The notes: generated from the letters alone by a model not told the origin. Shown: positions 1 through 12,665, counted from the first letter of the whole stretch. The stretch: 63,171 bases of DNA, filler included, from Octopus bimaculoides (GCF_001194135.2; 5 parts of 4 records of this genome joined end to end with filler, not necessarily neighbours in it), one strand, 5' to 3'. Program-made: numbers and translations.

Positions 1-38
<38 letters not shown>

Positions 39-575
39 TTATATATATACATCTTTTAACTCAGCATGTGTGATAATCTAAATTCTCCTCTTCCCTTTTT
101 CTTACAATATATATATATTTGTGTGTGTATGCATGAATGCATGTATGTATATATGAGCATGAGTGTATCTGTGCATGTCCACCACTAACGCTTGACAACC
201 GACATTAGTGCGTCTGTATACCTGTAACCTAGAGTTTCACCGAAAAAAAATAACGGTGTATAAGTACCAGGTGTTGCAAAATATGTAATGAGGTCGATTC
301 GTTGGAGTAAAATTCTTCGATACAGTACCTTCAGCATGTTCATAGTATGTCCAGACAGTTTACAGACATAAGATATATATACAAAAATTTGATAGGTGTA
401 TACAGAGTTAGATAGGCGTATAGTGATAGATAGATCAGACAGACAGATAGATAGGCACAAGACCCTAGTACGCAACTGGTACTTAGTTTATCGACACTGA
501 AAGGGTGAAATGCAAAGTCGAAACGTAAAGTGTGTGTGTACCGCTAAGCATTTCGCCCGGCGTGCTAACGTTTCT

Positions 576-805
576 TATTTCTTTATTTCCCACAAGGGGT
601 TAAACATAGAGGGGAAAAACAAGGACAGACAAAGGGATTAAGTCCATTACATCAATCTCAGTGCATAACTGGTGCTTAATTTATCGATCCCGAAAGGATG
701 AAAGGCAAAGTCGACCTCGGCGGAATTTGAACTCAGTACGTAACGGCAGACGAATTACCACTAAGCATTTCGCCCGGCGTGCTAACGTTTCTGCCAGCTC
801 ACCGC
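576..805 (-). mobile_element. SINE family A (tRNA-like head; GCCTTTCATCCTTTCGGGGTCGAT core, Deu/Nin-domain-like)
   Basis: Near full-length copy fused to a second truncated copy at 455-575. Further copies at ~5129-5351(+), 8150-8380(-), 9352-9560(+), 15735-15860(+), 17189-17378(+), 21295-21570(+), 49280-49495(-), 51150-51556(-, tandem), 56155-56330(+), 57395-57816(-, dimer), 59425-59636(-). The domain name is recalled and unverified. Confidence 0.8.
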
Positions 806-2258
806 ATTAGATAGATAGATAATTGAGTCATACATACATTCAATGACTTTTCAAACCCGATTCATTTGTAATTTCTAACTTTGGGTTATGTTGACATGAT
901 AGTAAACATATGATTTTGCATATAATTCCAAACTGTCAATATATTTGATCAGAGAGATTTGTCAACATTGTATAATTCATTTGTTTTTGTTTTTTTTGTA
1001 AGCATACTTTTCCCTGTGTTACTGCAATGATATTCTTGTCGGCACTATAACGTTTGTATGCTAAAAAAATGTACAGCAACACGATATTCTATAAAAAACA
1101 TATTTCAAGATATTGTCAATCGATAATTCGGTGGTGCTCGTCATATATGTACGCATCCTCTTTCGTAGACTTTCTCTTTCTCCACTTCATATATAAATCG
1201 CAGTGACACAAGCACAGACATGTTCAAATACACTGATATTAATATTCGCATGTATATATGTATCTGTGTATACGTGTATATATTTGTGTGTGTATATATA
1301 TATATATATCTTGTACATACATACATACAGAAAGATAAGTAGACAGACAGATATGTGTGTGATAGCATACGCAAATATAAATCGTGCACGTAATTTAGTG
1401 CATTAATGAAACGTGCTATCTGCGGTAAACCAGCTATGACAATATTTGCATTTAGTAAAGAGGCTCCCTGAAGACTTAAGATAGAATCGTGATAGCTATG
1501 AGCTATCTATCTGGAGGTTTTATACCCATGTCTGCTGTATAGGAGATACTGTGCCCGTGTTAATTATTTGATAAACTGCTCAGACCTCAAATATATGAAC
1601 ACGCTGATTTCCTCTACGGTAAATAGCTTCTCTTCTCATACATACATGCATAAAACATACATGCAGATATGCATACATGCATACATGCATACAACGTACG
1701 TACATACATACGTAGTGGTACTCCGTCGGTTACGACGACGAGGGTTCCAGTTGGTTCGATCAACGGAACAGCCTGCTTGTGAAATTAACGTGCTAGTGGC
1801 TGAGCACTCCACAAACACGTGTACACTTAACGAGGTTCTCAGCAAGATTTAGCGCGATACAGGATCTGACAGCGCTGACCCTTTCAAAAAGAGGTACTAC
1901 TCATTTTTGTCAGCTGAGTGGACTGGAGCAACGTGAAATAAAGTGTCTCGCTTAAGGACAAAAGGCGTTGCCGGGAATAGAACTCACGAAACTCACGACC
2001 TTACGATCGTGAGCCGAATACCCTAACCACTAAGCCACGTGCCTTCACTATACATGCATGCATACATACATACATACATACATATATACATCCAATAATA
2101 TCCTGTTGTTGAAGTTGAAATTCCAATGAAGGAGATTTGGATCTAGGTCAGAAACCGGCTCTTTCTCTATAGGCAAGAAATCTTGAAATAAACTGAATAA
2201 TGACAGACATACAAACATACATACATACTTACATACATACATAAATAAATATATAAAA

Positions 2259-2645
2259 AAGGAGTACTGGTGGAATGTCCAAGTGAAAATCTCAAACAAA
2301 TGTAATAAACCTCACATAGTAATTTCGGATGATTAAGAGAAACTGTGTGCCGTTGTGGAAATCAGCTGCCCAGTGGATATTAACATAAAGCTAAATATCA
2401 GTGAGGAAGAAAATGTCTACGTTGAACTATTGCGGCATCTGCAGTTACTCCACCCAAATAGTAAATTCGGTTTTGTACCTGCAATTATTGTGGCACTGGA
2501 ATATGTAATACACTGACTAAATACCAATCTTGAGTAGTTAGGCTTCTGAAAATCAGAAAGAAGAACGCTGATTTGAGGACTACAGACCAAAGCCATCATT
2601 GAAACTGTAGAAATCTGTAAAACTTTCCTAAAGTTTATCATTTAA
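2259..2645 (+). mobile_element. RLE-type (R2/R4/NeSL-like) non-LTR retrotransposon, 3' endonuclease remnant
   Basis: One frame with stops reads KEYWWNVQVKISNKCNKPHIVISDD*EKLCAVVEISCPVDINIKLNISEEENVYVELLRHLQLLHPNSKFGFVPAIIVALEYV...GLQTKAIIETVEICKTFLKFII*, a decayed PD-(D/E)xK RLE layout. Confidence 0.75.
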
Positions 2646-3759
2646 GTATATATCAGCATGTCTAAAGATGCAATTGTATGCATGAGAAGACATACATAAA
2701 ACAAAACATACAAATCTGCGCACACACATGCAAACACACACGTACACAGACAAACTCATACACACACAAACACACACCACGCACACACACACGCACACAC
2801 ACACACACACACGCACACACACAAACACACACCAGGCTCATACACACACACAAACACACACCAGGCTCATACACACACACACACACAAACACACACANNN
2901 NNNNNNNNNNNNNNNNNNNNNNNNNNNNNNNNNNNNNNNNNNNNNNNNNNNNNNNNNNNNNNNNNNNNNNNNNNNNNNNNNNNNNNNNNNNNNNNNNNNN
3001 NNNNNNNNNNNNNNNNNNNNNNNNNNNNNNNNNNNNNNNNNNNNNNNNNNNNNNNNNNNNNNNNNNNNNNNNNNNNNNNNNNNNNNNNNNNNNNNNNNNN
3101 NNNNNNNNNNNNNNNNNNNNNNNNNNNNNNNNNNNNNNNNNNNNNNNNNNNNNNNNNNNNNNNNNNNNNNNNNNNNNNNNNNNNNNNNNNNNNNNNNNNN
3201 NNNNNNNNNNNNNNNNNNNNNNNNNNNNNNNNNNNNNNNNNNNNNNNNNNNNNNNNNNNNNNNNNNNNNNNNNNNNNNNNNNNNNNNNNNNNNNNNNNNN
3301 NNNNNNNNNNNNNNNNNNNNNNNNNNNNNNNNNNNNNNNNNNNNNNNNNNNNNNNNNNNNNNNNNNNNNNNNNNNNNNNNNNNNNNNNNNNNNNNNNNNN
3401 NNNNNNNNNNNNNNNNNNNNNNNNNNNNNNNNNNNNNNNNNNNNNNNNNNNNNNNNNNNNNNNNNNNNNNNNNNNNNNAAAAGGGTCAGGGGCACCGGCA
3501 ACGGTAACGCAGAGATGCGGGTGAAGGGAAGGTGAATATACCAGAGGTTGATACAACTAAGCACAAAGGCAATAATAACGGCAATGATACTGTGGAAAAG
3601 AACGAACACACAGACACAGAAAAACAGAAGCACAACAAACTTAGTAACCAAAATAGCAGGAGTAGCAGAAGTAGTAGTAAAGGGAATGTAGACGAAGAGA
3701 TGGAAAGCAAAACGGAAGACAATGGCTGCAAGAATAACGATAAGAGAATAGATTAAACG

Positions 3760-4245
3760 GAGCAGGAGGACACAAGTGGGCGGAAAGGGGGCTGAAGAGA
3801 TCACAGATATGTGACGACATATTTCCGGACAATGGCAATAAGATAAAATAGGAACAGTAATAAACGAGTGAAGAATGAATATATAGTGCATGTGTTTATT
3901 TNNNNNNNNNNTTGACGGAGGCTATGCTGGAGCAGCATCTTGGAGGGTTTTAATCTTCCTAAGCCTAGTACTTATTCTATCGGTCAATTTTGCCGAACTG
4001 CTACGTTACGGGGACGTAAACACATCAATTATTTCTTTCTTTTTTTTTTTTTGCCAAATAAACAAACTCACTATATGTTCGGCGTTCACTATATTCGTCC
4101 TTCACTCCTTTATTACTGTTCTCATTTCATCGCATGTTCATTGTCGGGGAATCTTTCGTCACACATGTGTGACCTCATCAGCGACCATTTCTGTCTACCC
4201 GTGTCCGTCCACGTGTGTTCGCCCAGGCCCCTGAATCCATTCACA
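3760..4245. repeat. Diverged inverted repeat flanking a SINE B fragment
   Basis: Reverse complement of ~3760-3895 (cttcactcgtttattactgttcc...cattgtccggaaatatgtcgtcacatatctgtgatctcttcagc) aligns to ~4085-4245 (cttcactcctttattactgttct...cattgtcggggaatctttcgtcacacatgtgtgacctcatcagc). Confidence 0.65.
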
Positions 4246-5359
4246 CAAACACAGAAAGATACAGGAANNNNNNNNNNNNNNNNNNNNNNNNNNNNNNNNN
4301 NNNNNNNNNNNNNNNNNNNNNNNNNNNNNNNNNNNNNNNNNNNNNNNNNNNNNNNNNNNNNNNNNNNNNNNNNNNNNNNNNNNNNNNNNNNNNNNNNNNN
4401 NNNNNNNNNNNNNNNNNNNNNNNNNNNNNNNNNNNNNNNNNNNNNNNNNNNNNNNNNNNNNNNNNNNNNNNNNNNNNNNNNNNNNNNNNNNNNNNNNNNN
4501 NNNNNNNNNNNNNNNNNNNNNNNNNNNNNNNNNNNNNNNNNNNNNNNNNNNNNNNNNNNNNNNNNNNNNNNNNNNNNNNNNNNNNNNNNNNNNNNNNNNN
4601 NNNNNNNNNNNNNNNNNNNNNNNNNNNNNNNNNNNNNNNNNNNNNNNNNNNNNNNNNNNNNNNNNNNNNNNNNNNNNNNNNNNNNNNNNNNNNNNNNNNN
4701 NNNNNNNNNNNNNNNNNNNNNNNNNNNNNNNNNNNNNNNNNNNNNNNNNNNNNNNNNNNNNNNNNNNNNNNNNNNNNNNNNNNNNNNNNNNNNNNNNNNN
4801 NNNNNNNNNNNNNNNNNNNNNNNNNNNNNNNNNNNNNNNNNNNNNNNNNNNNNNNNNNNNNNNNNNNNNNNNNNNNNNNNNNNNNNNNNNNNNNNNNNNN
4901 NNNNNNNNNNNNNNNNNNNNNNNNNNNNNNNNNNNNNNNNNNNNNNNNNNNNNNNNNNNNNNNNNNNNNNNNNNNNNNNNNNNNNNNNNNNNNNNNNNNN
5001 NNNNNNNNNNNNNNNNNNNNNNNNNNNNNNNNNNNNNNNNNNNNNNNNNNNNNNNNNNNNNNNNNNNNNNNNNNNNNNNNNNNNNNNNNNNNNNNNNNNN
5101 NNNNNNNNNNNNNNNNNNNNNNNNNNNNCTGGCAGAAACATTAGCACGCCGGGCGAAATGCTTAGCGGTATTTCGTCTGCCGCTACGTTCTGAGTTCAAA
5201 TTCCGCCGAGGTCGACTTTGCCTTTCATCCTTTCGGGGTCGATTAAATAAGTACCAGTTACGCACTGGGGTCGGTATAATCGACTTAATCCGTTTGTCTG
5301 TCCTTGTCTGTCCCCTCTGTGTGTAGCCCTTTGTGGGTAGCAAAGAAATAACACACACA

Positions 5360-5821
5360 CATATAACACTTGCAGCGTGGAAGGTGTTTATAAGCCATTT
5401 AAAATCACAAACAAGATGCAGCTCGAAATTTTGTTAACGTTCCATCATGGCAACGCTAGACCACACAGCCCTTTGTTAACTCGTGAAAAATTATTGGAGC
5501 TTGGTTGGGAGGTGGTATTCGCGTCCGCCATATAGCTCTGTACTTGCACCATCTGATTGCCATTTATTTCAAAGTTTGCAAAATTCTTTGAATGGTAAAA
5601 CTTTCAATAATGATGACCTGAAATCGCACTTGCATCCGATTTTGGCTGATAAGGACCAGAAGTCCCATGAGTGCGGAATCATGAAGTTGCCAGACAGATG
5701 GCAAAAGGTAATCGAACAAAATGAAAAATATATAATCGATAAGAGTTCATTCTTTGTATGAAAAAAAAGGACTCTTATTTCACACAAAAAAAACTGAAAT
5801 TACTATTGCCAACCCAATATA
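5360..5821 (+). mobile_element. Mariner transposon remnant (transposase C-terminus plus right TIR)
   Basis: HGNARPHTAL..EKLLELGWE / RPPYSSVLAPSDCHLFQSLQNSLNGKTF...GIMKLPDRWQKVIEQNEKYIID, with a frameshift; mariner YSPDLAPSD-like motif; TIR-like aaactgaaattactattgccaacccaata (5791-5819) followed by TA. Confidence 0.9.
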
Positions 5822-6557
5822 TATTTCCATATACATGTACATCAACTTATGTTAATACACACACACATACGCACCCCCACACAAACACACACACACACAT
5901 ATATATGTATGCATATATATNNNNNNNNNNNNNNNNNNNNNNNNNNNNNNNNNNNNNNNNNNNNNNNNNNNNNNNNNNNNNNNNNNNNNNNNNNNNNNNN
6001 NNNNNNNNNNNNNNNNNNNNNNNNNNNNNNNNNNNNNNNNNNNNNNNNNNNNNNNNNNNNNNNNNNNNNNNNNNNNNNNNNNNNNNNNNNNNNNNNNNNN
6101 NNNNNNNNNNNNNNNNNNNNNNNNNNNNNNNNNNNNNNNNNNNNNNNNNNNNNNNNNNNNNNNNNNNNNNNNNNNNNNNNNNNNNNNNNNNNNNNNNNNN
6201 NNNNNNNNNNNNNNNNNNNNNNNNNNNNNNNNNNNNNNNNNNNNNNNNNNNNNNNNNNNNNNNNNNNNNNNNNNNNNNNNNNNNNNNNNNNNNNNNNNNN
6301 NNNNNNNNNNNNNNNNNNNNNNNNNNNNNNNNNNNNNNNNNNNNNNNNNNNNNNNNNNNNNNNNNNNNNNNNNNNNNNNNNNNNNNNNNNNNNNNNNNNN
6401 NNNNNNNNNNNNNNNNNNNNNNNNNNNNNNNNNNNNNNNNNNNNNNNNNNNNNNNNNNNNNNNNNNNNNNNNNNNNNNNNNNNNNNNNNNNNNNNNNNNN
6501 NNNNNNNNNNNNNNNNNNNNNNNNNNNNNNNNNNNNNNNNNNNNNNNNNNNNNNNNN

Positions 6558-6591
<34 letters not shown>

Positions 6592-9500
6592 GTTCAGTTT
6601 CCGTCTACCAAATCCACTCACAAAGCTTTGGTCGGTCCGAGGCAATAGTAAGACACTTGCTCAAGTTGCTACGCAGAGGGACTGATCCCGGAACAACGTG
6701 GTTGGGAAGCAAGCTACTTACCACACAGTCTTGTATTATGTACATAGATATTTAGCGTGTATGTATATTTATAAATATGCATGTATATATATGTATACAT
6801 GAGTTTGTGTGTGTGTTTTACGCATAAGTACACCGCACATATGCAGGTTAATATGTTTAATTCCTCTATGTATATTATTTTTATGAATATAATCATTATT
6901 GTACATGCAGGTACAGAGGAGAGCAATCTTTCAATGAAATATATTCACGCATGAAATGATTTCTATGCTCCTGAATAAATATTATTTGTACGTACAAGTG
7001 AATTTGCTTAATATGTGCAAATTGCATAAACTTATCGGAGACAATTGGAAATTAACCAAAATCGTTTTCAGCCTCATGAATATTCTCACATTTAACAATA
7101 AGCCCTTATTTACATTCAAATATCTCTGAAGGGAGAAAGTTCTTCTGGTCGGCGCAATAAACATTCCTGCAATTATCTGAAAATATGTAGAATGCATAGA
7201 ATAATTTTCTTCCTGCGGCAAAAGTAAAGCAAACACAACCATATTAGCATGGACAACAAAGTACATATGGACTATCCATGTATTTTTCAAGCGTCAATCA
7301 AAGGCAAATAAACAGAATTATGGACTAGAAAATCTTGAAGATTACTGCTTAATCTTCAGTTACAGCTGACGTATTGTATATATTAGTATACACTGATGTT
7401 AATTTATAAATACATTTTCCTTGGGCACACACGATTTATAGTTTCAGGGAAAGAGAAGAACATTAGAATTTCATGAAGTCTTTACAAATCAGTAGCAGAA
7501 GAGAAGCAAAACAACTTCATTAGGGCATTTAACGGATTGGGGTATTTTTATCGATGCTTACTTATGTTTAGATGCATTGTTTTGTCAAAACTAGGTTGCC
7601 GTTGCTTTGTGAAAATAGTGACAAAATTCCGAATTGTTTCAATCATAATGTTACAAACAATTAGAAAAGTAGTCTGTTTATATTAGCATATATTTGAAGC
7701 CGGGCAATTTATTTATTCTAAGTAGAGCTTCCTTTTTCATATGTTAAAATGTCATAGCAGCATAAAGTACAGATATAATATATTTAAGTAGGTATATTTT
7801 GGCGATATATCCACATTATTATGAAAGCAACGAAATGGCCTGAAGCCAGACACTACAATAAAATACAGAATTATTTAATGTACGTAATTTCTTTCATATA
7901 AGTATTAGACTTATATAACGCTCCTTTGCCTCATTTTCAATATTTTCATTGAAAAAATGTAGTATTGATTTCTTTATAACTTGTATAGTGAACTTCAAAA
8001 TTTTATGTAGATCAGCACAGAATTTGTGTAAATAGCCCAGAATATGAAATATCATTATAATCCTATTTGATATCGTGAGTATATCGCACTTTCGTATCAT
8101 TTCCATGATATTTTAGCTTACGATACACTTTAAAAAGAATTTTAATATTGGCTTCATATTTTGTCACAAAGCCAACTATTAGCGGGGGCGAAAAGTTGAT
8201 TACATCGACCCCGCTGTTTACCTAGTACTTACTCATTCGACTCAAAAAAAGAAAAAGAAAAGAAAATGAAAAGGAAAGTCGACTTCGCGCCAATTTGAAA
8301 TCAAAACATAAATACAGAGGAACTGCTGCTAAGCATTATTTTGACGCGGCGTGCTAATGATTCTGCCAGTTCGCCAACCTGACGATGATTTTAATATTGA
8401 TTTCTATTTCTTAGACAACGAGACTATATATTTCTTAGATAATAGGACTACAAATTTAACATTGAATAAATATGCCTTCCCATCTGCGTTAGAAGTATGA
8501 AAGAATTGGCGTATTCCCAGTATTTGAAGTAGTTGAAGTCTGGTCTCATTGGCTTCTATGTCTTACTCAACGGCACACTGCATATTCAGTTACAGTACTT
8601 TACTATAGTGAGACAGATTTGTACGATTGCAAAAGTAAAGATTATCCTGCCGAGATTTCATCTCATTACCAATGGGATCAAATGAAAATACATTGGTGCT
8701 GTGGGTTTGGCATACTATAGTGTCTACAACCAACTGTAGAAAAACTAATTTCTTAATTTTTGTACAAGGAAGGCGATAGAAATACCCAAGTAATTTGATG
8801 GTACTATAAATNNNNNNNNNNNNNNNNNNNNNNNNNNNNNNNNNNNNNNNNNNNNNNNNNNNNNNNNNNNNNNNNNNNNNNNNNNNNNNNNNNNNNNNNN
8901 NNNNNNNNNNNNNNNNNNNNNNNNNNNNNNNNNNNNNNNNNNNNNNNNNNNNNNNNNNNNNNNNNNNNNNNNNNNNNNNNNNNNNNNNNNNNNNNNNNNN
9001 NNNNNNNNNNNNNNNNNNNNNNNNNNNNNNNNNNNNNNNNNNNNNNNNNNNNNNNNNNNNNNNNNNNNNNNNNNNNNNNNNNNNNNNNNNNNNNNNNNNN
9101 NNNNNNNNNNNNNNNNNNNNNNNNNNNNNNNNNNNNNNNNNNNNNNNNNNNNNNNNNNNNNNNNNNNNNNNNNNNNNNNNNNNNNNNNNNNNNNNNNNNN
9201 NNNNNNNNNNGAGTGGCTAAATAAAATACTTCAAGATATTAAATCTAGTGTTCCACTATTTCTGTTAATTTTCCCCTTCAGATTAGCATACTCTCATGAA
9301 AATAAAGTCTCTTGTGCGTGCCTAATTTTAATAAGATCTTTCTCGTAAACAGGTGGGCTGGCAGAACCGTTACGGTTCCAAACAAAATGCTTAGCGGTCT
9401 TTCTTGCAGCTCTTAACATTCTGAGTTAAAATGACACTGAGGTTGAGTTTGCTTTTCATCCATTCGGGGCCGATAAAATTAGTACCAATCGAGCAGTGAT

Positions 9501-10458
9501 TTCGTTGTAATCGACTAACCTAATCACCTAAAATTTCACACATTGTTCCTATAGCAGAAGAAAAAAGAATGTGTTCCTCGCTAGCATCATCTCAAATTAC
9601 ATTTTTCTCATTAAATACACGCTGTGGTAATCGAAATTTGTTCAAGTTAACAAAAAAGTTATCCATTGTAGAATTGCATAACTCTCTCATATTCTAATAC
9701 TAAGTACATTAAGCCAGCAGATGCCTTGGTCAGCGAAATTGTGTTGCAATGCTTCTGATCGAACTACTTTTGCACTATAGCAATATGCTTTTCATTAGTT
9801 GGAGATCTTAGCAAAAATAATAATAGCTTTGAGATTCAGATTTAGCTATATATTTCTATTTCTGCTTTACTTAATGATATGTTCTGTGATCGCTGCTACA
9901 AGAAAATCGAGTTTGTACTTTTTTTACGGATTTACATGAGAATATTACTTTTTATGAACCATAAACTCAATGTAATTATTCATAGTTTCAATATTTGACT
10001 GATTTCAACTTAAGTAATACATAGACATATCTACTCTGTTAGCTGCTATAAATCATGATTATTTTCAATACAAATTAAATTTAGAAATGACAATGAATAA
10101 CTGTTATCTAAAATAATATTTTTGAGATAGCTTAAAGCTTAGATTTTGAAGATGAATATCAGCAAATAATAACGTACAATACAATAATATTATTGCAGAG
10201 TATAATTATATAATTAGAGTAGGTGTACAGCAAACGTCTAACAATAGGATTAGGCTAAATGGAGATGTGAAATTAAACTTAAAATCAGTTTGATGAGATC
10301 TGTGTGAACGAGTTAAAACGTCCCTTTTGGATAGTAATTTCAGAAATAAATTTCAGAAATAAATTATTTTCCATTGTAACTTATATAAATAGATAATATT
10401 TTAAGATTGAATTACAGCAAAAGTTTTTTGGTAAGGCGAGAGTAGATTTGCATCTTTC

Positions 10459-10477
10459 AATAATAATAATAATAATG

Positions 10478-10517
<40 letters not shown>

Positions 10518-10551
10518 TGATGATGATGATGATGATGATAATGATGATGAT
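10459..10551. repeat. Compound (AAT)n(GAT)n microsatellite
   Basis: Read directly from the sequence. Confidence 0.95.
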
Positions 10552-11830
10552 TTATTTTATTGACCAAGGGCCCCAAGACATGGAGGACAACCACAGAAGA
10601 AAACAAAAACAAACAAAAACAGGTGATGTTCCCAGCGACCAATGGGAGATAATACCACATTAAAAGATATAACAAATGATATATAAATGGAAATTAGAGA
10701 AATAAAAAGAATAATAAATAGATAACTAGAAACCCCAATAACAGGGCAGTCTACTTACGGTAAATCGGTGTAAACCCAACTCAAAAAATTCTGTATTAGT
10801 CTGTCATTCACAAGGCATGAGAAAGTTTCCTTTTCCAGTTTCTTTCCTCCTGGTTAGAAAGGCATACTCAGAATCGATCCATTCAGTCTCACCAGTCTTG
10901 GTACACTCATCCATCTTTTCATAAATGCACTTGAAGGCAGCACCAGCATCTCCACCCTCACCTTCCTCTTCAAATGGTATTTGAGGAAATTGATGAGTGC
11001 TTGACCAGATAGGAAAGTGCATAGCTTCAGACCTTTCTGACGAGGGCACCACACAACCTCCTAGGCAGGGAAAGACCTGCCTTCTTTCTCTGTTAAAGAA
11101 GTGGGTGCATCGATATTTACTGCACGCTTGGCAGACAAGTGAATTCATCTTACTCGAGACAGTAGCTGCTCCTCACAAGCCCAAAATTCTCTAATGCATG
11201 GACACTGAATGATTACATGCTAGACGGTTTCGTACCTCTGCATGCGTCTTGTGTAGGTTCAGCTGTCGACACTTCCCTGCCTGAATAGCTTGTCTCTAAT
11301 AGGCAATGCTCTCTTGTAGCACTGCGATGCCAAAGATATCTGGAAATTTTCTACGATCTTTGAGTCGAAACTTCTCCTTAAGAGCCTACTCAAATTCTTC
11401 TCGAGATCCAGAGTAAAGCCATGAGCATCGTTTCTCATTCCCTCAACGAGAAATCATGGGTTGTTTTCCCACCAATGGCTTTGTGCAGCTGGTAGAATGC
11501 AGCGAGCGCCTGGCAAAATTTTAGATGCCAAACACACAATCGTAGTCTACTTTTGACCCACGATTGCAGCTCTATCGATAAGATGAGCTGCAGAAAGACG
11601 TGTCACGCGAAGGACGCTCTCATCAGTTCACCCTTATTTTCGTCACCGTCGTTCACACCATTGCAGAGATTTAGCCCCATGATTGCAACTCTATCAATGA
11701 GATGAGCTGCGGAAAGATGTGTCACGCGAAGCACGCTCACACCAGTTCGCCCTTATTTTCGTCGCCGTCCTTCACACCATTGCAGTAATTTAGATATTTC
11801 TGTAGGCGCATCAGCCTTACAACGTGACAC
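10552..11830 (-). mobile_element. Tx1/L1-like non-LTR retrotransposon, 5'-truncated ORF2 C-terminus (zf-RVT) and 3' UTR
   Basis: Minus strand reads NFQISLASQCYKRALPIRDKLFRQGSVDS*TYTRRMQRYETV*HVIIQCPCIREFWACEEQLL...FLSGQALINFLKYHLKRKVRVE; decayed zinc-finger of the L1/Tx1 type; ends at an (ATC)n/(ATT)n run. Confidence 0.75.
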
Positions 11831-11890
11831 TGCATCATCAATGATGGCATGATGATGATGATGGTAATACAGGTGATGATGGTAATACAG

Positions 11891-12575
11891 AGTATCTCAA
11901 CTGGCATGATAGAGCAGCACAATGTATTCACTGGAGAATTTGCAAAAAACCTGAACCTGCCCCATGATAAAAACTGGTGGGAACACAAACCACCTCCAGT
12001 GCTTCAAAATGATCACATCTCACTCCTCTTGAACTTCACCCCTCAAACTGACAGAAAGATAGGTGCGAATAGGTCAGATATTATATTAAGAAACTTCAGA
12101 CAAAAATCATACCTCCTCATTGATATGAGTTTCCAAATCGACATAAATGCATCTGTGAAGACCTACAAAAAACTGAGCAAATATAATGGTCTTGAAATAC
12201 AAATTGGCAAAATGTGGAACCTGAAGACTAAAACAATGCATGTTGTCATAGGTGCCTTAAGAATGATAGCAAAACGGGCTGACTCCTACCTAGCGCAGAT
12301 ACCAGGAAACCCCAAAATGGCAGAAATTCAAAAGATAGTGCTCATGGGAACTGCCCATATCCAACGTAAAATACTGTCTATGTAATTTCAAATTTTAAAA
12401 CAAATTCACGATTTTCTTATATTTTCTTAAGCATTCTCTAGAACAATACTATGTGCAAAACCAAATATATGACATCCTAGGCATAATACCACATTGAACT
12501 TCTAACTTGTTGTCTCTTGAAGTCTCTGGGTGAGACTTCGAGTCAACTTATGCAAATACAAAACAAAAGTCAAAC

Positions 12576-12647
<72 letters not shown>

Positions 12648-12665
12648 TAATAATAACAATAATAA
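11891..12665 (+). mobile_element. R4/Dong-like RLE non-LTR retrotransposon 3' end with (AAT)n tail
   Basis: EYLNWHDRAAQCIHWRICK / NLNLPHDKNWWEHKPPPVLQND...ANRSDIILRNFRQKSYLLIDMS...KLSKYNGLEIQIGKMWNLKTKTMHVVIGAL...EIQKIVLMGTAHIQRKILSM*, followed by a 3' UTR and (AAT)n at 12578-12665. Confidence 0.88.

Noticed and set aside
2628-6685. Long ORFs rich in HT/CV/YI dipeptides or X runs (also at 13.3, 27.6-28.5, 29-36, 38.5-41.9, 43.2, 44, 58.7 kb)
   Set aside because: They are translations of CA/TG/TA/TACA microsatellites or of N gaps, which contain no stops; they are not genes.
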